Below are positions 25,296 through 37,826 of a DNA stretch of 64,000 nucleotides, piece by piece (position 1 is the first letter of the stretch; each line of letters begins with the position of its first letter). The DNA is from Octopus vulgaris (Eukaryota), in NCBI GenBank assembly GCA_951406725.2, contig OX597821.1, positions 61,318,001 to 61,382,000 of the forward strand, given 5' to 3'. Both the position numbers and the translations under genes were made by a program. The notes beneath the pieces were generated by a model. That model had not been told where the DNA came from. It searched no databases and saw only the letters and a list, made by a program, of their open reading frames with translations.

Positions 25296-27034
25296 TACTT
25301 AGAAGCAGGGGATTGCACATAAAGATATATAAGGAAGGTTACTTCATAAACACATTGGTCGGACCACTCGATATGCTCGGTTTCTTTGGTGGACGGTGCT
25401 TCTGGATGTCTGAAAAAGATGCCAGGTCTCTTTCGAGTATTTTTTCTGTGAAGAATGCATGTAGATATAAATGAAAGCGCACTGCATCTGTAAATGTTGC
25501 AAATAGAAGATTTGTATATGGTTGCAGCTCTAAGAACCGTAGGAGAAGACGATGCAGTTAGTTGTCAGTGCGTGGAAAAATTTAGGCCAGATTATTTCGA
25601 AGTCTTTCCCATTTAAGTCCAGATATGTTTAAAAAATGACAAAATAGGCGGTTGAAACGTACGGGTGTCACATTTTTGAATAGGTCATCAGTATAAAATG
25701 TAAGCTGTTTGACAGAAATGAACCGTGTAGAAATGGGTGGCGCTTTTGTGTCAGAGATAGCGATAGCATATGTGTCTAATGTACTAGCCACATATGTTAT
25801 GTGTGGAGTCAAATATATATCTAAATGCAAGAATATATTATTCAGCAGCATTTACCTGCTGTGATCTCTACCGAAATGAAACGAGAATCAATGCGCCTTG
25901 AGGACAGGTTAACATTCTGACGATAATTATTTCGGATTTTTGCATCAGAGCGAACATCTTCAAAGCTACCTATGTTCGGAAGCGGCATTGAACATAGCTT
26001 CGTGATATGCCAAGCAGTTCTAAATAGAGAGGTCTTCTATATCACATAGAGCATAACTGTAACAGTAAACACAACAGTAGAAATACTTGAGGACGAACAA
26101 TATATGTTTGTGATTGTGATTGCTGATTTAATTTTAGGAATATCCACGCATATAGGCACACACCAGTAGCACACACAAACACACACACTCAATGACGCGC
26201 ACACAAATACACATTCATACGAACACACATTCATACATAAAACTTCAAATGTTAGAGACCGACATGGAAGATGAGAACGAAGCAAATATCTTTTAAGTGT
26301 GATATTTTATATTTAGTAATAAAATAATTTTTTATGTAAATACAACAATATTTTTTTACCGGATTGTGGTTATTTCAATATAATTATTAGAGATATGTTT
26401 GTGTTAATTACTTTATCGATCTACAGTGTCGTATACAAAAATAAAAGCAATAATAAATAAATAACAATAATGGGAAGACTAATAACGAAAATATTTTAAC
26501 ACAAATAGCGCAGACGTGATTAGTCTGTGTTTTAAGCAAAACATACTACACGCTATTACACACACACATAGACACACACACTCTCTCCCTCTCACACACA
26601 CACACTGACACATACACGCATATATATAAACAAATACACATTTATTCCTACTTTATATTTCAGTATCATGGAGGACAGACGTTCTTTTGTTCCGATGTAA
26701 AAACATCACTTTTATTTGCCCACAAAATAACAAAACATAAAATGTTTCACTATTTCTGAAGTTCTGAATGTTTTCTTCAAAATTGTATTTTGATAAATTC
26801 TTCTAAATAGAGCTGTTTGTTTTACAGTTACAGTGATGTACAAAAATATTTTCCAATCGCTATTACGGTACTGAACAAAACAAAACTAATTGTCTTTGCC
26901 TCGTTCTATATGTGTGAATTTAATTTATTTCCTGTCGGTATTTTAATTCACTTACAGCGAGACTGTACAATGAACTTATATATACGTTATTTGGTTACTT
27001 TGAAGATACAAGTCACATCACGGTTTAATCTTCT

Positions 27035-27609
27035 TTCAACTTTTACATGTTTCAGTCATTAGAAAACGGCCATGATGGGGTACAGCTTTGAAGGGGTTTT
27101 GATAGAGAAATCGATCCCAATAGTTATCTTTTGTAATCCTGGCCTCTTCTATCGATCACATTTACCGAACCGCTACCTGTATGTTACAGAGATGTAGATA
27201 AGTCAACAACAGTTGCTAAAAGGTGGAAGGGGAAAACATAAAGACACATACACACACAAATATATATATATACAGACACACATCTATCTATCTATAATAG
27301 ATGGATAGACATATCTATATCTATCTATAATAGAAAGATATATAATGCGGACGTCTCGTGTATGGTTCTGCAAATCATATTTTGCTAGGACGATCACTCT
27401 GATAAATTGCGGACATTTACATAAGTATTACGTGGGTGGTAACAATGAAAGCGGGTTTGTGATTAATCTTTATATTTTGTATGTTTCCATTTGTCTTACT
27501 CGTTTACGTTCTGGCACTTGCTGAATTTTCTTGAGAATAATCTTTTCATAGTGGTCAGACCATATGGGATCTACCTCTAGCACAATGGATGTTCATAGTG
27601 GTCATCCCT

Positions 27610-27655
<46 letters not shown>

Positions 27656-27939
27656 TAAAAACGGTAAGATAACAAAAGAAAGAAAGAAAATCTCAATATT
27701 ATGTAAATAGAGGAAATTTATCTATAAAATAATATGTTACAATTATACAATAGTCAAGAAAAAACTCTGAGTTTCGGATGCCGAAGTGGCAATCCACAAC
27801 ACCATCTCTTCGGTTATCTGGCCATCTCCAATGATAAAAAAAAGAGATGGCCAGATAACCGAAGAGATGGTGTTGTGGATTGCCATTTCGGCATCCGAAA
27901 CTCAGAGTTTTATCTTGACTATTGTATAATTGTAACATT

Positions 27940-28004
<65 letters not shown>

Positions 28005-28181
28005 TATACATGTATATAGGACAGGCTTTGACTCGTAATCTGTCTGCCAAGTTCATTCACAAGGCATTGGTTAGCCAGGTGTCTATAGCAGAAGACAGTA
28101 TCTCAAAGTAATACATAGTTAACTGAACCCGAAAACGCGAGGTTGCAAATCGAACTTGTTAACCACAGCTACTGCTGTGCC
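27035..28181 (-). mobile_element. Old CORE-type SINE split at its internal microsatellite (3' half ~27035-27260, 5' half ~28018-28181)
   Basis: Both halves align in correct order and strand to 14839-15254, separated by ~750 bp of nested sequence. Confidence 0.65.
27734..27938. repeat. Long palindrome, 95-bp arms, 15-bp spacer, within (TA)n; hammerhead-like motif in each arm
   Basis: 27734-27828 vs 27844-27938, 2 mismatches; TA tracts at ~27612-27652 and ~27943-28000. Confidence 0.95.
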
Positions 28182-29039
28182 GGTTTCGATGTAACTCTCA
28201 AGGTTTTAGTTTTAAGAAGCGAGAGAAAAAGTCTATAAAACCCAATAGCATGCATACATCAAAAGGTTTCACTTTATTTCTCAGTCATCGCAAGTAGCAA
28301 TCTCTTTAAAAAGTAAACGAACGAAACACACGAATATGAAAAATATGAACAGATTAAGATTAAATTAAAGCTACACCAGCGACATGTACTGAGAGTCCAT
28401 AAATAATGCAACTCTCACAGTAAGTATTATCAAGGGTAGGATTGAAATTATCATGGGCACAAATTCTAATCAGGAGTATTCAGTTGCTCAATCACCTAAA
28501 TCAAAAGGCTCACTAAATCATCAAGTAATAGGCTAAGTATTAATGTATTATTCAGGTTATTGCCACATAGAACAAGATAACATACCTGGACCTTAGACTT
28601 GCATGTTCCAGCAATCGGTGGGCTTTTTACACAGTTATTGTCAATGCAATTTCCTTTACAATCGAATCGATGCTAGAGAAATCCAAATTCGTTGAATATA
28701 CCACACAGATGAATCGAAACCGGAATCTCGTGGTTGAGAATGAAGCATCTTTTTTTTTACTTTAGGACATGTTCTACAGACATAGAAAACTACATTCCAT
28801 GCAATTGTCTAATTAATTATTGAACGAGATAACTTATGATGTGGCAATTTCAACAACTTCCAGACGTTTCATAAAACATAGCCATCAAATATTAAAGGAA
28901 ACATATATTCATCTGCAGTATAAATAATATTGTATCTAAATTTAGACTGGTCACATTATTTTCTGTTCAGTAGACAGGTGATATGGAGTGAGTAAAAATG
29001 TTTGTCTGTCCACTACAGGATGTAATTTAAAAATATATC

Positions 29040-29418
29040 TTTCTTTTACTTTCTACGTGTTTCAGTCAGTGAACTGCTACCCTGCTAGGGCACCACATTG
29101 AAGGGTTTTACTTGAACAAGTCGATTCCAGTACTTGTTTTGAAGTCGCGTATATATCCCATGGTTATTTTCTGCAGAAGTGCTTAATTACAGGGATGTAA
29201 ACAAACCGACAATGGCTGTCAATCGATTGCGGAACTACAACAAAGACACATACACGCACATATATACGACAGCTCCCTTTCAGTTATCGTCTATCAAATT
29301 TACCCACAAAGTTTCGCTTGGCCCAAGGCTGTTTTAAAAGGTATCTGCTCAAGTATCACGTCGTGGGGACGAATTTGTATTTTGGAAGCAACCTTCGTAC
29401 CACATAGCCATACCTGCG
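29040..29418 (-). mobile_element. CORE-type SINE, diverged full-length copy
   Basis: Collinear but diverged relative to 14839-15254. Confidence 0.75.
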
Positions 29419-29657
29419 ACTTTTTATATAGTTTTTATATATTTGATAACTTGTATAAATCTGATAGGGTTTCGTGAACAGTTTACATAAAAACTCCTCT
29501 TTCATAGGCTACTATTCCATCATAATCCTCTAAAATAATATTCATACATCTGTGCCTCCTACACAATAGTATGTTTGAGCATCGTATAGAAATGATATTC
29601 TTTGCACCTTCTATCACAAGAAATCCTTTTGAGCTAGTTGCTTGTTGATGTAAGTAT

Positions 29658-29978
29658 CTCTTCTTCTTCTCTTGCACCCTTTTCAAGCCTAGCCAGGCTC
29701 ACGGGCCCGGTTTCCCGGTTTCTGTGGCATAAGTGTTCCCCCCACCAGCTGGACCGGACACCAGTCCATCGCAGCGTTTCCTAAGAAATAGGAAGAAAAA
29801 GTGATAGAAAGTTGGGGCGAAAGATATAACAGGGGTCACCATCACCCTCTGCCGGAGCATCGTGGACCTTTAGGTATTTTCGCTTAATAAACAAACACAA
29901 CGCCCGGTCTAGAAATCGAAACCGCGATCCTCCGATCGCGAGTCCACTGCCCTAAGCACTGGACCATTGCGCCTCCAC
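29658..29978 (-). mobile_element. tRNA SINE family C (head 2 + unique middle + V/Meta-like segment + tail 2), full length with TSD
   Basis: Reverse complement of 34079-34378; flanks TGATGTAAGTAT (29646-29657) / TGATATAAGTAT (29979-29990). Confidence 0.9.
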
Positions 29979-30639
29979 TGATATAAGTATGACAATTAGT
30001 AATTTTTGTGTTAATATAACGATTATAACTGATATCGAAGCCCATCACATACACAAACTTCTCGGTTTTGGTATTTAGATTATTTCCCATTTTCATAAAA
30101 ATAGAGAAATTTAATTCAATCCCACTCATTAGAATGTTTACATTTTTAATATAGTTAAGAGTGATTAATCATCAATATCCGGTAAAATAAACGCCAGTAT
30201 GTTAGACATTGTTTTGTGAAAGACAAAGTAAATATCTGAATAGTGTTTAGATGACACGTTGAAATCAACCTCTCACCTTGTAACGAAAGGAGAAAATAAT
30301 TCGAAAATAAGATATTTTTTTTAAAGACGAAGAATCTAATCATTTTTTTTTTTTGAAAGAGTTCTTAGGCTAGGTGGGGAATAGTAAATGAAATAAAATA
30401 ATTATAGAAAATCAAAAACAAGGACATTGACAGCAACATCAATAATAACAGCGGCGACACTATGACGGGGATTATGACGACGACGACGAAAATGAAGATG
30501 ATGTTAAACAATTCAGAATCTATAAAACGAATGAAAAGAAAGCTAACATTTATGTTCTACATGAAACAACTATATATATAACACTTTGATATTCATTGAA
30601 TAGAACTTTGTAAGTGAGAATATATATATATATATAACC

Positions 30640-30825
30640 GTTAATTCCGACACATTTTTTTCTCTCTGGTTTGCGTCTCTCTCCATCGTTTTCCTCTCAT
30701 ACTTTGCCGTCGAAGAGTGTATGCTCGAAATGTCAAAAGGTTTCCCATTCTTCTTGAGCGTCTGGCTAATTCACCTACTTGTTGTTCCCTCACCTGTCTT
30801 TGTACCTAGTACATTTAAACCATTT
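30640..30825 (+). mobile_element. TA-flanked short repeat with hammerhead-like motif (GAGC/GCTC stem II family)
   Basis: CCGTCGA-A-GAGT-gtat-GCTC-GAAA-TG-TC-AAAAG at 30707-30739, followed by GAGCGT..CTAAT; similar to 59600-59735 and 50753-50970. Confidence 0.65.
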
Positions 30826-30835
30826 GTAAATATAT

Positions 30836-31093
30836 ATATGTAGAAAGATGAAAAGGAACACACGAGTTGAAGTATATGGAAAAAATGTCAAGATAGAAAA
30901 TACTAAAATAATTTTATAAAAAACATTTCAGTACCGGTTTCACTCATTGAGACTTTTTCAACTGTAACAATTAAACAATTAAATTTAGAAATATTAAAAG
31001 AAAAGTTGTTTTTTTTAAAGAATATTTGTATAGTGTTCAAATACAAATGGCATTATCCCTGTTTCTGTCTCTGTCAGTCTTGTTTACTCTTGT
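30836..31093 (-). mobile_element. ~260-bp ORF-less interspersed repeat with hammerhead-like motif (copy 2)
   Basis: Collinear with 1303-1562; minus 30964-30929 CAG-TTGAAAA-AGTC-tcaat-GAGT-GAAA-CCGG-TA-CTG. Confidence 0.75.
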
Positions 31094-31111
31094 AATATAT
31101 ATTAATCAAAG

Positions 31112-31189
31112 TGAGATAACAAAGCCAAGGCTTTGTTGTTCCTTATAAATGTCCTGAAAACCCCTCATAGCCTCGGTTTTGTTATCTCA
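31112..31189. repeat. Small hairpin element between TA tracts (21-bp IR)
   Basis: TGAGATAACAAAGCCAAGGCT (31112-31132) / AGCCTCGGTTTTGTTATCTCA (31169-31189), 2 mismatches. Confidence 0.7.
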
Positions 31190-31260
<71 letters not shown>

Positions 31261-31488
31261 TGTATATATCAATTGGAAACCGCATTTTATCAATCCAATA
31301 ATGAAAAAATTGAATTATACTATTTAGAAAAATTACAACTTATAGAAAGATTACATATAATGATTTAGTATTTCTAAGTTGGATTTTTCCCTGTAAGTTT
31401 GGAATAATATTCCCCCATATTATTATATATATATATATATATATATCTACATACATACATACACACACTCACACGCACACACACACAC

Positions 31489-31536
<48 letters not shown>

Positions 31537-32138
31537 AGTGGAGGTATATAATATCCACGCAAATATCGAATTTCTCTATGTAAAATGGCAAACTGGTTCT
31601 TTCAGACAATGCGTTTTATGGTAAATTTCCTTTGACTCCGATCCGAGTTGGCAACTTAGAGTGTAAAGTACAGTATTGATAATAAGGAGAATGGACAATT
31701 TGAACTTCAAACTTTGTATTTGTTTCAAACTTTCTATTTATTTCAAATATTATAAAGTCTGAATATGTTGACATACTTCATTCTCCTTATTTTATATATG
31801 AATTTTAATGTATAATAATTAATTTATAATTAAGACTGAAATATTATGCATAATAAATATGTGATATTGTTTAAAGAGTAATTAAATCACTAATCAGTGA
31901 TGTGTATACATACAAACTTAATTCCTAGTTCAAATGTCCTTGATGCATATTTGAACTCACAAGGACGCCATTCACTGAATTTTGTCGTGGGGCAAATACA
32001 GTGAATATGCCACAAACGTATTTGACCTGGTAACAAATTTATGTTTACGCACAATATCAATTGAGAATTACTAACACTGTCGCAACACTTTCTTCTTTTG
32101 TCTAACACATTACTGGGAAGACTATCTATTAGCTACTA

Positions 32139-32485
32139 GATAATAAATAAATGCGCCCTTTTAAAACCTAGCCACACTCTTATGATCATGATGCTGACAC
32201 CCTAACCACGAATTCACGCGCCTCCACCAATAATAAATGTTCCTTCTCGAGCGACGCCAGGCTCATAAGAGCCGGTTTCCCAGTTTCAATGGCGTATGTG
32301 TTCCCCAGCTGGACGGGGCGCCAGTCCATCGCAGCGTTACTCATTTTTGCCAGCTGAGTGGACTGGAGTAACGTGAAATGAAGTATTTGGCTCAAGAACA
32401 CAACACATCACCCGGTCCAGAAATCGGAATCACAACCTTACGATCATGAGTTCAACACCCTAACCACTAGGCCACGCACCTCTAC
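32139..32485 (-). mobile_element. tRNA SINE family B, dimer-like (full monomer + second head + tail), 15-bp TSD
   Basis: ATCTATTAGCTACTA at 32124-32138 and 32486-32500; head/core shared with family A, GCGATGGACTGGCG..CGTCCAGCTGGGG segment shared with family C. Confidence 0.9.
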
Positions 32486-34078
32486 ATCTATTAGCTACTA
32501 CAAAGCTTTATTTAAATTTCATTAGGTGACACGTCGTCAAATGTGGTGTATTTTTACACCAGAATAAACAGAAAGTATTGCAACTGAGATTTTCCAACCA
32601 AGGTAGGTATTATTGATACTCAAGAATCTGCATAATAGAATCGTCACTAGACATTGATATTTGTCTAGAAATCTGAAGGGAAAACATTATTGATTTGAAT
32701 TTAAAGCAAACACTAGTAGGTTGCTTTTAGTTTGATACTTCAGGTTACTATAGCTTCATATATTTTTAGTCATATATAATAGTAGCTACTCACAAAATCT
32801 ATAATCATTCCCCAAAGCAAATTTGTTTGCAAAAAAATCTGGGTGTATTATTAAAGTTATGTTTATATAATATCAGAGTAGTGCAGTTAATAACGTCTAT
32901 TGCAAGAACAGTATGAATGCTTGTCTTTTTTTCTTTTTCTATTGACAACACATCTTGAAGACAACGCAAGGAAAAGTTGACTACATTCAATCATAAGTAT
33001 TGTTTGCAGCTTCTTTTATTTGACTTTCAAATGATATTATTGATATTGTGTCGACGTGTGTTGACAGCATAATAACACTTATTTAGTTTCGAGACATATG
33101 TTTTATTCTGATTTAAAAACCAAACGTTTGCATGAATACCTTCATTAATTCAAATGGAAATTCTGTAAAGATTGTTCTCATTAGCTGATCAACAGGAACA
33201 AGCCTTCACGCAACTTTAATAATCGAATCAACAAAAAATATTTAAAACAAAAATTGTTGTGTATTATATCTTGGCTTATAGTGTCAGGCACCATCATGTA
33301 GTGGATATATTAAATTTGTTAACATTATATTTTACCCAGAATATTGTAACTTCTTGTGCAATGCGTTTGTTATTATGAATTATAGTAAAGATCATGTAAT
33401 GTGGTAATATCCTGTTGCTTCGTAGTTATTTCTGTTCATACTATTTTATCATTTGTGAATATACATTATACATCTGCTAATATCGTAACGGTTCCCGAAT
33501 TGTTATATTTAATAATCGTTGAAGTTCTTAGAGTATATCTTAGGCTCAAATTACTTAATTATATATTTAATATATAAATTAAATATATATATATATATAT
33601 ATTTAATAGCGTCGACTGCCCTTTATAAATAATAGTACATCTGTTAACTTGATAAGTTTATATATGAAATGTGATAGTCAGTAGTAATGTTGAACGAAAG
33701 GGTAATGAATCAATTAATATATGAAATGACATCAACAGTGATATTCAATTAAGAATATGAATAATTTCAGAGTTGTAATTGTTTGACGAATAACTGGATC
33801 TGAGAGGTTGTATTCAAACTGAAACAGTTCCACCGTTGTCCATAAATGTAGTTTTATATGCAGCAACGCCATATGTCTATTGAAAGGAGGATCGTACTCT
33901 AACTTGTAATAGTTAAATTTATGGAAAACCGTGTTAAAGTCTGGACATATAATCTGTCTACTTTATGTCTCATTACACCTGTACATTTTGACTACTCCTA
34001 CAGGAGAGGCGCACTCTGTGCACTTGGTTCATGTGATGTACCAACGCACTTTATTATTGGTACATATACAGAGTGTAT

Positions 34079-34378
34079 GTGGAGGCGCAATGGCCCAATG
34101 TTTAGGGCAGCGGGCTCACGGTCGGAGGATCGCGGTTTAGATTCCCAGACCGGGCGTTGTGTGTGTTTATTGAGCGAAAACACCTAAAAGCTCCACGGAG
34201 CTTCGGCAGGGGGTATTGGCGACCCCTGTCGTACTCTTTCGCCTCAACTTTCTTCCTGTTTCTTGAGTAACACTGCGATGGACTGGCGTCCCGTCCAGCT
34301 GGGGGGGGGGGATACATACGCCACAGAAACCGGGAAACCGGGCCCATGAGCCTGGCTAGGCTTGAAAAGGGCGCAAAC
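34079..34378 (+). mobile_element. tRNA SINE family C, full length
   Basis: GTGGAGGCGCAATGGCCCAATG head; GCGATGGACTGGCGTCCCGTCCAGCTGGGG; tail GAGCCTGGCTAGGCTTGAAAAGGGCGCA. Confidence 0.9.
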
Positions 34379-35219
34379 AATATATAGTGTATAGGATTAA
34401 TAATCCAGCTGATGCTATCACTTCATCTGTGTCTACGTATAGCTATGTGTTACCTGTACCAACTAAAATATATAACCGTTTATCATAATTGTATGGTAGT
34501 TGAGCTTTGAAACGTTGAAAATAAATCTTCATACTAATTATACATGTAATGGCTTAGCGCGTGTCCATATACTTTCTTTTTTTGCATTTTGTTTCGTTGA
34601 ACTAATGGCTTATGGGTGAAGAATATGTAATACATGCGATATGGTGAAATATATTTCTTGTTTTCATTACAGATTAGTACGGTTACATTGGGATTTAAAA
34701 CTGAGCTTGCATAAGTCATGGTATCTTTCTGTTGATGAAATATTGTACCGGTGAGAAATTATATATCTTTTGTGTGATTTTTGTCCTCTTTACTCCGTTA
34801 TTGACGTGTACTGGCATTGCTGTAGAAATGTTGTGTTAGGTACTTCACAATCAAATATTTTGTCCGTCGTACATTGATATCTTTGTTTATGCAGTTTCAT
34901 TATATTCGCTCTTCTCCAATGTTGCTGATAAAGAGGGAGACAGGAGATTCGTTAGTGCTACATTATATCTGATGATCTAGAGCCAACACATTCTGGAGAT
35001 TCTTGACGTGAAAACAATTGTGGAGTTATATCAAGATGATGTTGAGTGGATTGGATGTTGATGTCATATTCGTACGGGGTTTGTCTGAATGTTTATATGA
35101 GATATTATTTAAATAATAATCTACGTAAATCAAGTAGTATTGTGATAATCCTGTCGGAAAACATTTCATAATGCGGTCTTGTTGGAATAATCCATTTGGG
35201 AAATTCTTAAAACGGTCTT

Positions 35220-35264
<45 letters not shown>

Positions 35265-36600
35265 CTGAATTGTAGTTTGCTAGCTAGCCAGTATTTTCTA
35301 TTGATTCTAAATGTCGGGTTGAGATATTTTTTGTATAAGTCATTAATAGAATGCAGTGAAGCGTACTGTTTACGTCGATGGTAGTTTGGATGTTGCAGCT
35401 ACCAAGCATTGTTGTACAGAGAACCTAATGATAAAGGGTAATGGTCTGATTAGTAATTGAATGCATTAACCTGAATGGTTAACCCGATTGAGAGCTAGGT
35501 ATGTGCAAGTGTGTGAATATTTGAATGCGTGAGAAATTGATTTCTGCAAGAAATTGTCGTAAGTAGCTTGATGAGATATATAGATGCGCTGGTAATTGGT
35601 TGCTTCGTATATAAGAGAATTAACTGTGGGATTTTTGTATCTCTTGTAGTGATATTTGCATTATTTACGTGTCTGTGTGTGTTGTCCATTGTGATACTTA
35701 TAACTGGACACTGAGCCAACATCTGAATATCTGTGCATGTACGTGCGTACGTATATGTGTATGTGTGTGTATATGTATGTGTGTGTGTGTGTGTGTGTTT
35801 GTGTGGGTTTGTTCTTCTGTGTGATTTGTATGAGTTTTGTGCTGCCGTGTTCCAAATGTGTCGTTCCATAATGGCTGCAATATTTTTCGGAGACATTACA
35901 TTAGACAGTTTTCCACCGTTGGTATTGATTTTAGTGTTGAACAGTTTGTTTATCTGTATCCATTTTTCAAGTTTTGATCGGAATTGTAGCTGTAACCATC
36001 GATCTTGAAATGTTTGCATGACCGCTTTTTCTTGCATACCATTACTTTTAGAGATCACATTGTGACTTATATAATAGGTGGCTGCTAATTCTAACAAGTC
36101 GTAGTATGGTACAGAAAATCACTAACAACCCAGCTGGAACTCTTATTTGTTGTTTTTGTTGTTTTGAGTCACGATTAATCCAGGAATGAGCTGACTTTTG
36201 ATGAAAGATTTTCTGAATAAAACTATTTATTCAAGGTGCTCCACCATTTCTAAGGTTGTAGAGTGAGCGACCATATTGAAGCTTCCACTTGGGCTAGTTA
36301 AAATCTTAGAAGAAATGAATGTCGGACCCCATTCATAGCTAAATTCAGCATAAAAAATTGTAGAAAACACGAGAACGTGGTGTTTAATCTCTGAGAACCT
36401 AGTTGTTTAATCCTTTAGTAGTAAATTCCAATCATAATGTAAAAAACAAACGAAAGTAACTTTACTTTTAATTCTTTTGTGATTTTAAAGTGAATTTCAA
36501 CACGGATGTATTAGGGTGTGTACATGTTTAGTGATCTCTCTTATATCTTGATAGGGATTATTTAGCCATACATCAGAATTATGCACACACACACACACAC

Positions 36601-36653
<53 letters not shown>

Positions 36654-36875
36654 CCTACTGATCAAATTTCTCGTTAAAAAACTTTTATGCTCTCACTTAA
36701 ATAATTTCGCAAATAACCTGTGAACCTGAATTTTTTGAATTTAACTGTTAAACATTTGTTTATAACGTACGAATGATACAATGGGCGTTAATTAGCCTAC
36801 AGACATATTAAAAGACACTCATACATGCATAATACATACATACATACATACATAAATTTACGTGTGTTTGTGTTG

Positions 36876-36923
<48 letters not shown>

Positions 36924-37774
36924 TGTATATACACGCATCTATATATATATATACACACATTTATATGAAAAAAAATATATGACTATATATGTATGTATGA
37001 ATTAATATATCTATCTGTGTTTTTCTATTTTTCAATTAATTTATATATGAATGTATATACAAGCATCTATACACACACACATATATATGTATGTTTGAAT
37101 GAATATATCTATCTGTATTTTCCTTCTATTTTTCATTTAGAATTAATTTTGACCGGTCACCTACTCGGTAGTATAGTTGTGAAGTTAAAGCATTTTCTTT
37201 TAACCATTATCCTTGCAGATATTTATGGTCCCAGATATCTTGATCATTTGTTATGAATAAGATTAAAGGATTTGTGTTCTCTTTCCCCGGGGACACAACT
37301 TCACACACATTTTGCTCCAGGCGGATTTGTATATACTGTGTTGCTTCAACAACGATTATGAAGCTGGCAGTGTATCGTGTGTTGTTGATTTACACACTCC
37401 TTATCAATAGCCCTCATCTTCTATTGAGCGAAGTATGTATGTATGAATCTATGTATGCATGTGCTTGTGTCTATATGTATATTAGATGCTATAAAGGCAT
37501 TAAAACTCCAGGCAGACAACAATTAGGCACTCAGTTGTAAACGAACTTGGTTAACACTATCAAACAATCAGACACCAAGAAATGTAGAATTTACAATGAA
37601 GTTAACTTTTTATGTATGACAAGTCGATTCAAATACCATTTAGAAGAATGTCAAGAAATTAAGAGTATTTTTGCTGTTATATATATATATATATATATAC
37701 ATACACACACATATACATATATAAATATACCTATATATGTGTGTGTCTGTGTCTGTGTGCTGTAATGCAATATA

Positions 37775-37824
<50 letters not shown>

Positions 37825-37826
<2 letters not shown>

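Noticed and set aside
25300-26030. Unique, slightly GC-richer stretch next to the palindrome as a transposase or gene remnant
   Set aside because: No recognisable motif in the frames I read.
34520-36100. Possible old LINE on the minus strand (ORF 35495..36097)
   Set aside because: Composition is suggestive, but I could not identify any diagnostic RT or endonuclease motif.
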